Assembly (NCBI GenBank): GCA_963781585.1
Contig: CAWAGQ010000012.1
Location: forward strand, 1 to 64,000
DNA from: an uncultured Gemmatimonadaceae bacterium
Lineage (GTDB): Bacteria > Gemmatimonadota > Gemmatimonadetes > Gemmatimonadales > Gemmatimonadaceae
DNA: 64,000 nucleotides
Direction of reading: 5' to 3'
This document shows, piece after piece, positions 1 through 10,684 of this stretch. The notes below the pieces were generated by a model. It was not told the origin of the DNA. It did no database searches and saw only the letters and a program-made list of their open reading frames with translations. How positions within the stretch are numbered: the first letter of the stretch is position 1; the number at the start of each line of letters is the position of its first letter. Position numbers and translations under genes: made by a program.

Positions 1-184
1 GGGCCAGGTGCTGCGGATCGAGCAGCCCGCCGGTGATGACCACCACGTCGGGATGCGCGCGTCGGAGCGCTCCGCGGAAGTCGTCGAGGGGCGAGACCAT
101 CTCGGTGGTGATCCCGCTGCGCTCGAGCAGGGCGTTGAGCCGAACCGCGGGTTCGACGTCGGTGAGGGTAATGAGGACGTTCAC
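1..184 (-). CDS. Partial CDS (runs off the window), receiver-domain-like regulator N-terminus
   Basis: Manual translation from GTG at 184 (GTGA overlap with the mog stop): MNVLITLTDVEPAVRLNALLERSGITTEMVSPLDDFRGALRRAHPDVVVITGGLLD, a receiver-like beta/alpha pattern. Confidence 0.5.
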   Translation of the reverse strand, partial: MNVLITLTDVEPAVRLNALLERSGITTEMVSPLDDFRGALRRAHPDVVVITGGLLDPQHLA

Positions 185-675
185 TGCGTTCCAGGCGAGT
201 GATCGGTAGGCGCGCCGCGGACGATGTCGGCCGCGTGTTGGACAATGGGTTCGAGCGCGGCCAGCGCGTCGCGCACGCCCCCGGGGGACCCGGGAAGATT
301 GACCACCAGCGTGCGACCGCGCACCCCCGCCACGCCGCGCGACAGCGCCGAGCGCGGAAAGCGCGTCATCTCCAGCACCCGGAGCCGCTCGGCGATCCCC
401 GGGGCTTCGCGCTCCACTACGGCGCGGGTGGCCTCGGGTGTCACGTCGCGCGGGCTCAGCCCGGTGCCGCCGGTGGTGAGCACCAGGTCGGCCACGTCGT
501 GGTCGCACCACGCCAGGAGCTGGCGCACGATTTCGACGGTGTCGTCGGGGACCACCGCGCGGGCGACCACGTCGTGCTGCTGCCCTTCCGCCCAGGCCAC
601 CACCGCGTCGCCCGAGGTGTCCGCGCGCTGGCCGCGGGCGCCGGCATCGGAGATGGTGAGGAGGGCGATGCGCAC
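181..675 (-). CDS. mog: Molybdopterin adenylyltransferase (MogA/MoaB family)
   Basis: Motifs LTISD, D.SG, TTGGTGLSPRDVTPEAT, VNLPGSPGGV. Confidence 0.92.
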   Translation of the reverse strand: MRIALLTISDAGARGQRADTSGDAVVAWAEGQQHDVVARAVVPDDTVEIVRQLLAWCDHDVADLVLTTGGTGLSPRDVTPEATRAVVEREAPGIAERLRVLEMTRFPRSALSRGVAGVRGRTLVVNLPGSPGGVRDALAALEPIVQHAADIVRGAPTDHSPGTQ

Positions 676-806
676 GGGGGGCGACCGGGTGCCTAACGAG
701 CCTGCAGGGGGCCGGCGCGCCGGCCGGTCGGAACGGAACGGCGCGAACGCCGGCAGGGTGCGGACATCCTGTGCGTAACGGCGCGCCCGGGCATCGCCGT
801 CGCCGG

Positions 807-1919
807 CTAGTGGTGGGTTCCCTTCTTATAGAACGGCATCTTCACCACCCGCGCCGGCGCGCGCTTCCCGCGAATGTCCAGCTCGAACGTGGTCCCCTCG
901 ACGGCGGCCGGTGTGGGCAGGTAGCAGGTTCCGATGGGGATGTTGAGACTCGGGCTCGACGTGCCGCTGCACACCGTGCCCGATGGCGCGCCCCCGATGA
1001 AGACCGGATATCCGTGGCGGGGAAAGATGCGCTCATCCGAGGTGAAGCCCACGAGGCGGCGCGGAACGCCGCGTTCCTTCTGTCGCACCAGCGCGTCGCG
1101 GCCCACGAAGTCGCCCTTCGGCAGCTTGACGATCCAGCCGAGGCTGGCCTCGTACGGCGTGGTCGTGTCGTCGATGTCGTTGCCGTAGAGCGCCATCCCC
1201 ATTTCCAGGCGCAGCGAATCGCGCGCGCCGAGTCCGGCGGGCGACACGCGGTCGTCAGCAGTGAGCGCCGTCCAGATGGTGCGGGCGTGGGCGGGATCGA
1301 AGTACAGCTCGAATCCGTCTTCGCCGGTATAGCCGGTGCGCGACACGATCACGTCGTTCACGCCGGCCACGTCGCCCACCGCGAAGTGGTAGTACGGCAT
1401 GCCGCCGAGTTCGAGACTGGTGCGGGGAGACAACACTTGTTCGGCCATCGGGCCCTGGAGGGCGAGCAGGGCCGTGCGGTCGCTGGCATCCTGGAGCGTG
1501 CACTCAAATCGCGAGGATCGTGGCAGAATGTGGGTCCAGTCCTTGGCGGCATTGGAGGCATTGACGACCATCATGATTCCGTCGGCGGTGCGGTAGACGA
1601 GGCAGTCGTCCTCGAAGGTGCCGCGGTCGTTGAGGATTCCGGAGTATTGGACCTGTCCCTGGGTGAGGGCGGTCACGTTGTTGGTGGTGACGTAGTTAAC
1701 GAAGTCGACGGCCTGCGGTCCGCGGACGAGAAACTCGCCCATGTGGGACACATCGAACAGTCCGCAGCGCTCGCGCACCGCGCGGTGTTCGGCGGTGATG
1801 CCCGACGGATACTGGACCGGCATCTGGAAACCGGCAAAGGGCACCATCTTTGCGCCCAATGCGACGTGGAAGTCGTGGAACGGCGTGCGCCGCAGCGCCG
1901 CCTGTGTCGTTGTGGACAT
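807..1919 (-). CDS. gcvT: Glycine cleavage system aminomethyltransferase T
   Basis: LRRTPFHDFH, FAGFQMPVQY, GLFDVSHMGEF, SRTGYTGEDGFE, GLGARDSLRLEMG. Confidence 0.97.
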   Translation of the reverse strand: MSTTTQAALRRTPFHDFHVALGAKMVPFAGFQMPVQYPSGITAEHRAVRERCGLFDVSHMGEFLVRGPQAVDFVNYVTTNNVTALTQGQVQYSGILNDRGTFEDDCLVYRTADGIMMVVNASNAAKDWTHILPRSSRFECTLQDASDRTALLALQGPMAEQVLSPRTSLELGGMPYYHFAVGDVAGVNDVIVSRTGYTGEDGFELYFDPAHARTIWTALTADDRVSPAGLGARDSLRLEMGMALYGNDIDDTTTPYEASLGWIVKLPKGDFVGRDALVRQKERGVPRRLVGFTSDERIFPRHGYPVFIGGAPSGTVCSGTSSPSLNIPIGTCYLPTPAAVEGTTFELDIRGKRAPARVVKMPFYKKGTHH

Positions 1920-2137
1920 GGGTGCTGTGAGGTGGAGTACGCGGGTTATGGATGCTGCGCCGCAATATGTGGCGCGCGCGCATAAGTGGCCAGTGCACAG
2001 TCATTTAGACCGATGTTACCGGTCGGGTTTCATCTCGTCGAATGAGTGCGAATGCGGACGCGGCGCGCGATGCGGTCGTCGCGCCACGCGCGATTCGTGT
2101 ACACAAACGGCTCGTTAGGCACCGGAGAGGTGGCGTC

Positions 2138-2611
2138 GTGCGGTCAGAGCGCAAAGGATACACGCTGGTCGAGATGATGATCGTGCTGTCGATCATGGGC
2201 GGTCTGGCGCTGTTCTCCCTGCCCAGGTTCGCGGGGTTGCAGGAGCGCAGCCGCCTGACGGCGGCGCGTCAGGAAGTCGAGGCCGCGATCGCCACCGCGC
2301 GGGCGGCGGCGATTCAGAAAGGCCGCACCGCGACGGTGGTCTTCAGCAACAACAGGCTGTGGGTGACGGTGACCTCGTCGGGGAGCGGGACCCAGACCTC
2401 GGTGGTTCCGGTCACGCCGCTCGACAGCATCTATGGTGTGACGGTCCAGAGCCGGTCGGCTGGTGACACCTCGATCGCGTTCGACATGCGGGGCTTCGCC
2501 AGTCCGCGCCTGTCGGCGACCGGGGTGTTCGTGCTCAGGGGGACCACCCGGACCGACTCGGTATGCGTGACGACCAGCGGACAGATCATGCCGCGGGGGT
2601 GCGCGTTATGA
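2138..2611 (+). CDS. Type IV minor pilin, FimT/GspH-like
   Basis: Prepilin site RKG|YTLVEMMIVLSIMG, ARAAAI helix, FD.RG motif; GGAGAGG RBS before GTG 2138. Confidence 0.85.
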   Translation: MRSERKGYTLVEMMIVLSIMGGLALFSLPRFAGLQERSRLTAARQEVEAAIATARAAAIQKGRTATVVFSNNRLWVTVTSSGSGTQTSVVPVTPLDSIYGVTVQSRSAGDTSIAFDMRGFASPRLSATGVFVLRGTTRTDSVCVTTSGQIMPRGCAL

Positions 2612-2988
2612 AGAAGACACGGGCTCGCCGCGCGCGACAGCGCCGCGGACTCACGATCATCGAAATGATCGTCGCGATCATACTGCTGGGCGTCGGCATG
2701 CTGGGACTGGCGGGGTTCTCGCTGGTGGCCGGCAACCAGTTGAAGGGTGCCTCGCTGCAGGAGACCGCCGCGCTGGTGGTCCAGTCGCGCCTCGATTCGC
2801 TCGCCAGCATCAATTGCGCGGCGCTGGCGCCCACCAGCACCCAGACCGGCACCGCCACCACGATGGGGGTGACCGAGAAGTGGGTGATTGCCGACGGCAA
2901 CGACATCAAGACCATCGTCGACTCGGTGCAGTTCAAGGGGCGCACCCGGGCCCTCGTCTACCAGAGCATCATCCCATGCCGCGACTGA
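2608..2988 (+). CDS. Type IV minor pilin, PilV-like
   Basis: RRG|LTIIEMIVAIILLGVGMLGLA; ATGA overlap with the upstream gene. Confidence 0.85.
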   Translation: MKKTRARRARQRRGLTIIEMIVAIILLGVGMLGLAGFSLVAGNQLKGASLQETAALVVQSRLDSLASINCAALAPTSTQTGTATTMGVTEKWVIADGNDIKTIVDSVQFKGRTRALVYQSIIPCRD

Positions 2989-3917
2989 TCGGTGCCGCGC
3001 TGCCAGCGCGGCGGGCAGGCCGGGGTTTCACTCTGGTCGAAATGCTGGTGGCGATGATCCTGCTCGCGATCATCGGCGGCGCGATGACGAAGGTACTCAT
3101 CAAGCAGAACCAGTACTATCGCGACTCCGATCGCACGTCGGCCGCGCGGCGCGAACTGCGGCTCGGCGCCACCGTGCTGCCATCCGAGCTTCGCTCGATC
3201 TCGAGCTCGGGCGGCGATATCGTGTCGATGAGCGAGAGCGACATCACCGTACTCGCCGCCATTGGCGCGTCGATCGTGTGCGCCAAAGGGGCATCCTGGT
3301 TCGCCATCCCGCCAACCAATCTGTCGCGCCAGACGCTCACCAGTCTGGCCACGGCTCCGCTGGACGGTGATGCGGTTTTTCTCTATAACGACTCGACCCT
3401 CAAGGGATCCGAAGACGACAAGTGGGAGCAGTTCACCCTGACCGGCAGGTCGTCAACGGCGGACTGCCCGGGCGCACCGTATACGGATGCGGTCCTCGAT
3501 CCCACCGGCTCGAAACCCCGGACCCGCTACACGGTCGCGGGGACGATTCAGGACTCGGTGCACCTCGGCGCCGGCGTCCGCTTCGCCAGGCAGACGCGCT
3601 ACCGGATCTACCAGGAATCGAGCGGCAACTGGTACCTCGGCATGCAGGAGTACAAGGGCGCCGCGTGGAACACCATTCAGCCCCTTGCCGGCCCATTCCG
3701 GCCTTTCCAGTCGGGTGACGCGAACCCCAGCGGGCTGCAGTTCCGCTACTTCGACACGCTGGGCGTGCGGATCACCGACTATACCCAGACGAAGAGCGTG
3801 GGACGCATCGACGTGTTTCTGCGTACCAACGCCGGGCAAGCAGCCATAAGCGAACGGAAGGGCGCCGCATTGCGCGACTCGGTCGTCATGCGCGTCGCGA
3901 TCCGCAATTCCAAGTGA
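2976..3917 (+). CDS. Type IV minor pilin, PilW-like
   Basis: GRG|FTLVEMLVAMILLAIIG; C-terminal GLQFRYFD and MRVAIRN typical of PilW. Confidence 0.85.
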   Translation: MPRLIGAALPARRAGRGFTLVEMLVAMILLAIIGGAMTKVLIKQNQYYRDSDRTSAARRELRLGATVLPSELRSISSSGGDIVSMSESDITVLAAIGASIVCAKGASWFAIPPTNLSRQTLTSLATAPLDGDAVFLYNDSTLKGSEDDKWEQFTLTGRSSTADCPGAPYTDAVLDPTGSKPRTRYTVAGTIQDSVHLGAGVRFARQTRYRIYQESSGNWYLGMQEYKGAAWNTIQPLAGPFRPFQSGDANPSGLQFRYFDTLGVRITDYTQTKSVGRIDVFLRTNAGQAAISERKGAALRDSVVMRVAIRNSK

Positions 3918-5107
3918 GGAACTCCATGGACGGAATTCTGGTGCAGACAGGTCCGCAGGACGACGATCGGGGCGCCGGCGACCGCCGGGGTATCGCACTG
4001 ATCACTGCTCTTTTCGGCATTGTCGTCCTCGCGATCGTGATCACGGGCGCGTTCTTTACGTCCACGCAGGAGTACCGCGGGTCGCGCAACGAGCTCATCT
4101 CGCAGCGGTCCTTTGCGGTGGCCGAATACGGACTCAACAGCGAGATCTCGAACTGGGACCGCTCGCGCAACCTCCCCGGTGGCATGGCCACGGGCGCGAT
4201 CGACTCCTCGCAGATCTACGTCGCGTCCGGGGACACGGCGCGCGTGAAGGTGACGCGGCTGAACGACAACGCCTTCTGGGTCGTCTCGGAGGGCCAGGCG
4301 AGCATGGGGAATGCGAAACTTACCGCGCGGCGACAGACCGGCGCGCTGGTGCGCCTGGCGTATCCGAGCATCACGGCCAAGGGTGCCATCACCGCCGCGG
4401 GCGACGTGTCGATCTCGGGCAGCGCCGACATCAATGGGACGAATCACAACCCCGCCGGCTGGTCGCAGTGCGCGTCGATCCCGGGATCTACGGTGCCCGC
4501 GGTGGTCGTTCCCCCGGGCGCCACGGTGGACTACAAGGCGAAGAACATCACATCCACGCCGGCCGTGGTGTACGATCCCGCCGCCGCCGACTCGAACACC
4601 TACGTGCGGTACGGATCGGAATCGTGGAACTCCCTGGCCTCCAATGCCGACATCCACATCAGCGGTGGAACGCTGGGATCCGGCATCGGTCCGGTTGGCA
4701 CCGCCAGCAGCTGTGACTCGTCCAATCCGCTCAACTGGGGAGAACCGTCGCGTCCCGGCAGCGTCGCCGGCTGCTACGGCTACTTCCCCATCATCTACTC
4801 GAGCGGAGACCTCCACATCAACGGAAACGGACGAGGTCAGGGCGTGCTGCTGGTGAACGGCGACCTGGACATCAACGGCACGTTCGAGTTCTACGGGCTG
4901 GTGGTGGTACGCGATGACATCAGCAAGGGGAACGGGAATGCGTTGATCCAGGGCGCTGTGTACGCGGCGAACGTGAACCTGGGCGACCCGTCCGTCTTCA
5001 ACGGCAACAAGGATCTGTTCTACTCCGCGTGCGCGGTGGAAAGCGCACTCCGCGGATCCGCGATTCTGGTGCGGGTGAAGGAGCGCGGCTGGACCCAGAT
5101 CTTCTGA
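3914..5107 (+). CDS. Large minor pilin, PilX-like
   Basis: RRG|IALITALFGIVVLA (no Glu5), SFAVAEYGL, Gly-rich beta-helix-like C-terminus (NGNGRGQGVLLVNGDL). Confidence 0.8.
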   Translation: MRNSMDGILVQTGPQDDDRGAGDRRGIALITALFGIVVLAIVITGAFFTSTQEYRGSRNELISQRSFAVAEYGLNSEISNWDRSRNLPGGMATGAIDSSQIYVASGDTARVKVTRLNDNAFWVVSEGQASMGNAKLTARRQTGALVRLAYPSITAKGAITAAGDVSISGSADINGTNHNPAGWSQCASIPGSTVPAVVVPPGATVDYKAKNITSTPAVVYDPAAADSNTYVRYGSESWNSLASNADIHISGGTLGSGIGPVGTASSCDSSNPLNWGEPSRPGSVAGCYGYFPIIYSSGDLHINGNGRGQGVLLVNGDLDINGTFEFYGLVVVRDDISKGNGNALIQGAVYAANVNLGDPSVFNGNKDLFYSACAVESALRGSAILVRVKERGWTQIF

Positions 5108-5340
5108 GCCCGCCCCAGACACGGCCAGCACCCGCCAGGGTCGCGTGGCCCACGCTCTCTCGTGAGCGAGGCGCGTAGCGGACGAAACCGCGTCTGCCGA
5201 GTTGGTGCACGCCGAAGGCCCGCTGGACCGGAATCACCCGGTCCAACGGGCCTTCGCTCGTATGACGGCCAGAGCTACGGTCTGACCACCCCGACAGTTC
5301 CATCGAACGGCCGACGTTGTCCTGCCGCGCGCAGCCGCGG

Positions 5341-5811
5341 TCAGGTGCCCCGCAGTCGCTCCACCGCGCCGGCCACCTGCTCGGCATGCCCTTCGGCCTT
5401 CACCTTCTCGAAGACCTGTGCCACGGTGCCGGCAGGATCGATCAGGAAGGTCGTGCGCGCGACTCCCATGTACGACTTCCCGAGAAAGCTTTTCTGCTGC
5501 CACACGCCGTAGCGATCGGCCACGCCGTGGTCGACATCGGCGAGCAACGCGAACGGCAGGTCGTACTTCGCCTTGAACTTCCGCTGCTTCTCCACCGAGT
5601 CGGGGCTGCAGCCAAGCACCACCGCATCGAGTCCCTCGAACCGAGGGATGGCGTCGCGAAACTCGCGCGCTTCGGCCGTTCAGCCAGGGGTGTCGGCCTT
5701 GGGGAAGAAATACAGGACGACCCAGTGGCCGCGGAACTGTGCGAGAGTGACCTCAACGCCTGTGTCGTCGTGCAACGTGAAGTCGGGAGCCTTCGTGCCG
5801 GGCGCGATCAT
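5341..5811 (-). CDS. bcp: Peroxiredoxin BCP/PrxQ with in-frame TGA at the catalytic residue (putative selenoprotein)
   Basis: ATG 5811 overlaps the argF stop; MIAPGTKAPDFTL...VVLYFFPKADTPG(TGA 5682-5680)TAEAREFRD...VLGCSPDS...RTTFLIDPAG; one frame, 156 aa. Confidence 0.88.
5637..5679 (-). promoter_or_regulatory. Putative bacterial SECIS hairpin directly 3' of the UGA
   Basis: mRNA UGA-AC-GGCCGA-A-GCG-CGCGA-GUU-UCGCG-A-CGC-CAUCCC-UCGGUU; folds by eye into a two-part stem with an apical G 18 nt after the UGA. Confidence 0.55.
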
Positions 5812-6719
5812 GCGAGCGACTCTCCGCCCATGAGTACCGCCATCAGAGCCCTTTGTACGTGGAGGCGGTTTTCCGCTTCATCCCACACCCGGCTGGTGGG
5901 GCCGTCGATGACCTCGGCCGCGACCTCCTCGCCGCGATGCGCGGGCAGGCAATGGAGGAAGATCGCGTCGCGTGCGGCGCGCCGCATGAGGGCCGCGTCC
6001 ACCGTGTAGCCCGCGAACGCCTGCCGGCGGGCGGCCTGTTCGTCCTCCTGCCCCATCGAGGCCCAGACGTCGGTGGTGACCACGTGGGCGCCCTCGGCGG
6101 CCTCCCGGGGGTCGCGCACGAGCCGGATCGCGGCGGTCTCCCTGCCCCGGGCGACGATGTCGGGATCGGGGTCGTAGCCATCCGGACACGCCAGACGGAG
6201 GTCGAAGCCGAGGCTTCCCGCGGCGTTGATCCAGGAATTCGCCATGTTGTTTCCGTCGCCGATCCACGCCACCACTTTCCCCTGGTACGAACCAAGCTGC
6301 TGCTTCACCGTCAGCACGTCGGCGAGCACCTGGCAGGGATGCAGGAGGTCAGTCAGTCCGTTGATGACGGGCACGGTCGCGCAACGCGCGAGTTCTTCGA
6401 CGTCGGCGTGGGCAAAGGTGCGGATCATGATGCCCTGGACATAGCGCGAGAGGACCCGCGCCGTGTCGGCAATCGGCTCGCCGCGGCCGAGCTGGATGTC
6501 GCGCGACGAGAGGAAGAGGGCGTGACCACCCAGCTGCCAGCATCCGACCTCGAAGGAGACGCGCGTGCGCGTCGACGACTTCGTGAACAGCATCGCCAGG
6601 GACTGGCCCGCGAGCGGCGTCTTGTCGTAGCGGCCGTCGTGCATCGACTGGGCGAGGTCGAACAGGCGCGCGAGCTCGGGGGCGGAGAAGTCGGGGATGG
6701 CGAGGAAATGGCGCAGCAC
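5808..6719 (-). CDS. argF: Ornithine carbamoyltransferase
   Basis: KSSTRTRVSFE, HPCQVLAD, GDGNNMANS, TDVWASMGQE, HCLPAHRGEE. Confidence 0.97.
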   Translation of the reverse strand: MLRHFLAIPDFSAPELARLFDLAQSMHDGRYDKTPLAGQSLAMLFTKSSTRTRVSFEVGCWQLGGHALFLSSRDIQLGRGEPIADTARVLSRYVQGIMIRTFAHADVEELARCATVPVINGLTDLLHPCQVLADVLTVKQQLGSYQGKVVAWIGDGNNMANSWINAAGSLGFDLRLACPDGYDPDPDIVARGRETAAIRLVRDPREAAEGAHVVTTDVWASMGQEDEQAARRQAFAGYTVDAALMRRAARDAIFLHCLPAHRGEEVAAEVIDGPTSRVWDEAENRLHVQRALMAVLMGGESLA

Positions 6720-6721
6720 GG

Positions 6722-6760
<39 letters not shown>

Positions 6761-6850
6761 AAGTAAGGCGGTCAGTGATCAGCTTTCAGGAGTCAGCTCT
6801 CGGGATCCAGGATACGTGGCGCGGCCGAAAGGCGAAACCCCGCGGCGCCC

Positions 6851-6903
6851 CTGGCCTTTGGCCTCGGACCTCTGGCCTCTCACCCTTGGCCTTTTGGCCT
6901 TCG
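6851..6903. repeat. Degenerate heptamer array (TGGCCTY-like)
   Basis: ctggcctttggcctcggacctctggcctctcacccttggccttttggccttcg. Confidence 0.7.
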
Positions 6904-8382
<1,479 letters not shown>

Positions 8383-8435
8383 GAAGAACGAAGTGAATCG
8401 GAGGCGGGCCGTGTGACCGCGCACTCCGGTTCTTC

Positions 8436-8987
8436 CTACGCGCTGGGCTCCAGCACGGTGATGTGCGTATTCGTATACACGCAGATTTCGCCCGCTATCT
8501 CCAGACTCTTGCGGACGATTTCCGCGGCGGTCATCTGCGTGGTCGCGACCAGGGCGCGCGCCGCGGCAAGGGCGTACGGTCCACCAGAGCCGATCGCGAG
8601 GATTCCGTCATCCGGCTCGATGATGTCGCCGGTACCCGAGAGCACGAATCCGTGCTGCCGGTCAGCGACCGCGAGCAGAGCTTCCAGACGCCGCAACACG
8701 CGGTCGGAGCGCCATTCCTTGGCCAGCTCCACGGCGGCCTTGGGGAGGTTGGCCGGGAAGCGCTCGAGCTTCTCCTCGAATTTCTCGAACAGCGTGAAGG
8801 CATCGGCGGCCGCTCCGGCGAACCCGGCCAGAATCCTGCCTCCCGCCAGGGTCCGGACCTTCTGGGCATTCGACTTCATCACCGTGTCGCCGACGGTCAC
8901 CTGACCGTCGCCGCCGAGTGCAACCGTGCCGTCACGCCGCACAGCCAATACCGTGGTTGCGCGAATCCGGCGGGTTGAAGAGATCAT
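8436..8987 (-). CDS. hslV: ATP-dependent protease peptidase subunit HslV
   Basis: [41 protein letters not shown]. Confidence 0.97.
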   Translation of the reverse strand: MISSTRRIRATTVLAVRRDGTVALGGDGQVTVGDTVMKSNAQKVRTLAGGRILAGFAGAAADAFTLFEKFEEKLERFPANLPKAAVELAKEWRSDRVLRRLEALLAVADRQHGFVLSGTGDIIEPDDGILAIGSGGPYALAAARALVATTQMTAAEIVRKSLEIAGEICVYTNTHITVLEPSA

Positions 8988-9330
8988 GGAGAGCGGATCG
9001 AACGAATGGGGCCCATGAAGCGGATATGGCGGGGAGTTGATCGCCGAGTGCTGATTGCTGCGGTTGCGGGTAGGCAAGCCAGGTCGTGCGCCTCGTCGGC
9101 GATTTCGAGGGATTCAGTGAGGCCGACGGCTCTTGCCAATACCGGCAAGGGGGCCCGTCGGACTGCGCGAACCGGAGCGGCCGCGTTCGACGCTGCGACA
9201 TCAGCGTCGGGACGGCCAAGATAGCACCGGGCCGGAGCCGTTCCAACTCGCCGGGATGAGGTGGTCCGTGTGGAGAGCGGCCCTGCGGATAGGCGACCGC
9301 GCGAGGGGGGAGCGAGAATCGAAACCTTTC

Positions 9331-10281
9331 TCAGGCGCGGGGGTGCGCCTTCTGGTACACGCGCTTCAGCCGTTCGACGCTGGTGTGGGTGTAGATCTGG
9401 GTCGTGGAAATCGACGCGTGCCCGAGCAGTTCCTGCACGGCCCGCAGGTCGGCGCCGGCGTCGAGAAGGTGGGTGGCGAAGGTGTGGCGGAGCGAGTGCG
9501 TCGAGAGGCCCGCTTCCTCGTCGACCTGGTCGAGGAAGCGCGTGACGACCAGCTGAATGCCGCGCGCGCTCATGCGTTTGCCGCGAGGGCTCAGGAAGAC
9601 TGCCGAGCGATCGATGCCGCCCAGTCGCCTGGCGAGCTCGTCGCGTTTCGCCTCGTAGTTGCGCAGTGCGAGCTGCGCATGGTCTCCGATGGGGACGATG
9701 CGTTCCTTGCGTCCTTTCCCTCTGACCTTCGCCTGCTGCGAGACCAGGTCGAGGTCCCCGCGATTGAGCCCACGCAGCTCCGAGAGGCGGATCCCGGTGG
9801 AGTAGAAGAGTTCGAGGATCGCGAGGTTGCGGACATCGCCATAGCGGCCTTCCCTGGCTCGCACTTCCGCCATTCCGAACAGGAGGTCGATCTGCGCGCG
9901 GTCGAGATAGCTCGGCAGGTAGCGGTCCAGCTTGGGGCTCGAGACCGCGCGCGTCGGATTCGCGGCCAGGCGTTCGTCCCGGTGCAGAAAGCGGAAGAAG
10001 CTCCGGACCGCAGAGAGCGCCCGTGCCGTCGAGCGCCTGGCAAGACCGCGGCGGGCGAGGAAGCCGAGAAAGCCGCGCACGGTGAGGCGGTCCACATCGG
10101 CCCAGGTCCACGCCTCGCCACCCAGATGCGCGGCCAGGAACTCGGTGAAGCAGGCGAGGTCGCGGCGATAGGCGCGCACGGTGTGTGGGGAGACGTCGCG
10201 CTCGCGGGCGAGGTGGTCGAGGAAGTCGGCGATGTCGGGGTGCGTTGGGGAGCTGTCGGCTGCGTTCGCGGGATGGCGCAT
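9331..10281 (-). CDS. xerC: Tyrosine recombinase XerC
   Basis: SPHTVRAYRRDL, YSTGIRLSEL, GKGRKERIVP, HSLRHTFATHLL, LLGHASISTTQIYT; trmFO-xerC-hslVU synteny; start uncertain. Confidence 0.92.
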   Translation of the reverse strand: MRHPANAADSSPTHPDIADFLDHLARERDVSPHTVRAYRRDLACFTEFLAAHLGGEAWTWADVDRLTVRGFLGFLARRGLARRSTARALSAVRSFFRFLHRDERLAANPTRAVSSPKLDRYLPSYLDRAQIDLLFGMAEVRAREGRYGDVRNLAILELFYSTGIRLSELRGLNRGDLDLVSQQAKVRGKGRKERIVPIGDHAQLALRNYEAKRDELARRLGGIDRSAVFLSPRGKRMSARGIQLVVTRFLDQVDEEAGLSTHSLRHTFATHLLDAGADLRAVQELLGHASISTTQIYTHTSVERLKRVYQKAHPRA

Positions 10282-10508
10282 GTCCGCCGGAATGCCCTCG
10301 ATAATGGAGGGTCCCTGCGCGTTCGAGTGGGTGGGGGTTGCCGGTCTTCGTCGGCTCACGTGCCGGGTTTCATGGGGGAATCATGACGGTGACGAGTGTT
10401 GGGCGGCCTGACGCTCAGTCCTGGTATTCGACAACCATTTCCAAGGCGCCGTGCGGCGACGCCAGCGGGTCGAATCCCTCCGTGACGCTGCTGCGGAGAA
10501 TTTCTTGA

Positions 10509-10606
10509 ACCACGGAGGTCGCGGAGAACACAGAGAAACGCGCTTCCCCGTCGTCGTGTGAAATGTCCGGCGGCGCCCCCTCCGTGACCTCCGCGTTCTC
10601 CGTGGT
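10509..10606. repeat. Imperfect 27-bp inverted repeat built of 9-bp units (REP-like)
   Basis: ACCACGGAG GTCGCGGAG AACACAGAG (10509-10535) versus reverse complement of 10580-10606, ACCACGGAG AACGCGGAG GTCACGGAG. Confidence 0.85.
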
Positions 10607-10684
10607 AGAGAATGACGGGACCCATGGAATCTGGGGGTCTGGCTCGCTGCGCGCACAGTTCACCTGCACTGCCCGGGCGCCCGG

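Noticed and set aside
9331..10281. Tyrosine recombinase as a mobile-element integrase
   Set aside because: Sits in the housekeeping topA-trmFO-xerC-hslVU order; no att sites or cargo seen
10415..10669. 84-aa ORF between trmFO and xerC
   Set aside because: Largely a translation of the nonamer inverted repeat; no other coding evidence
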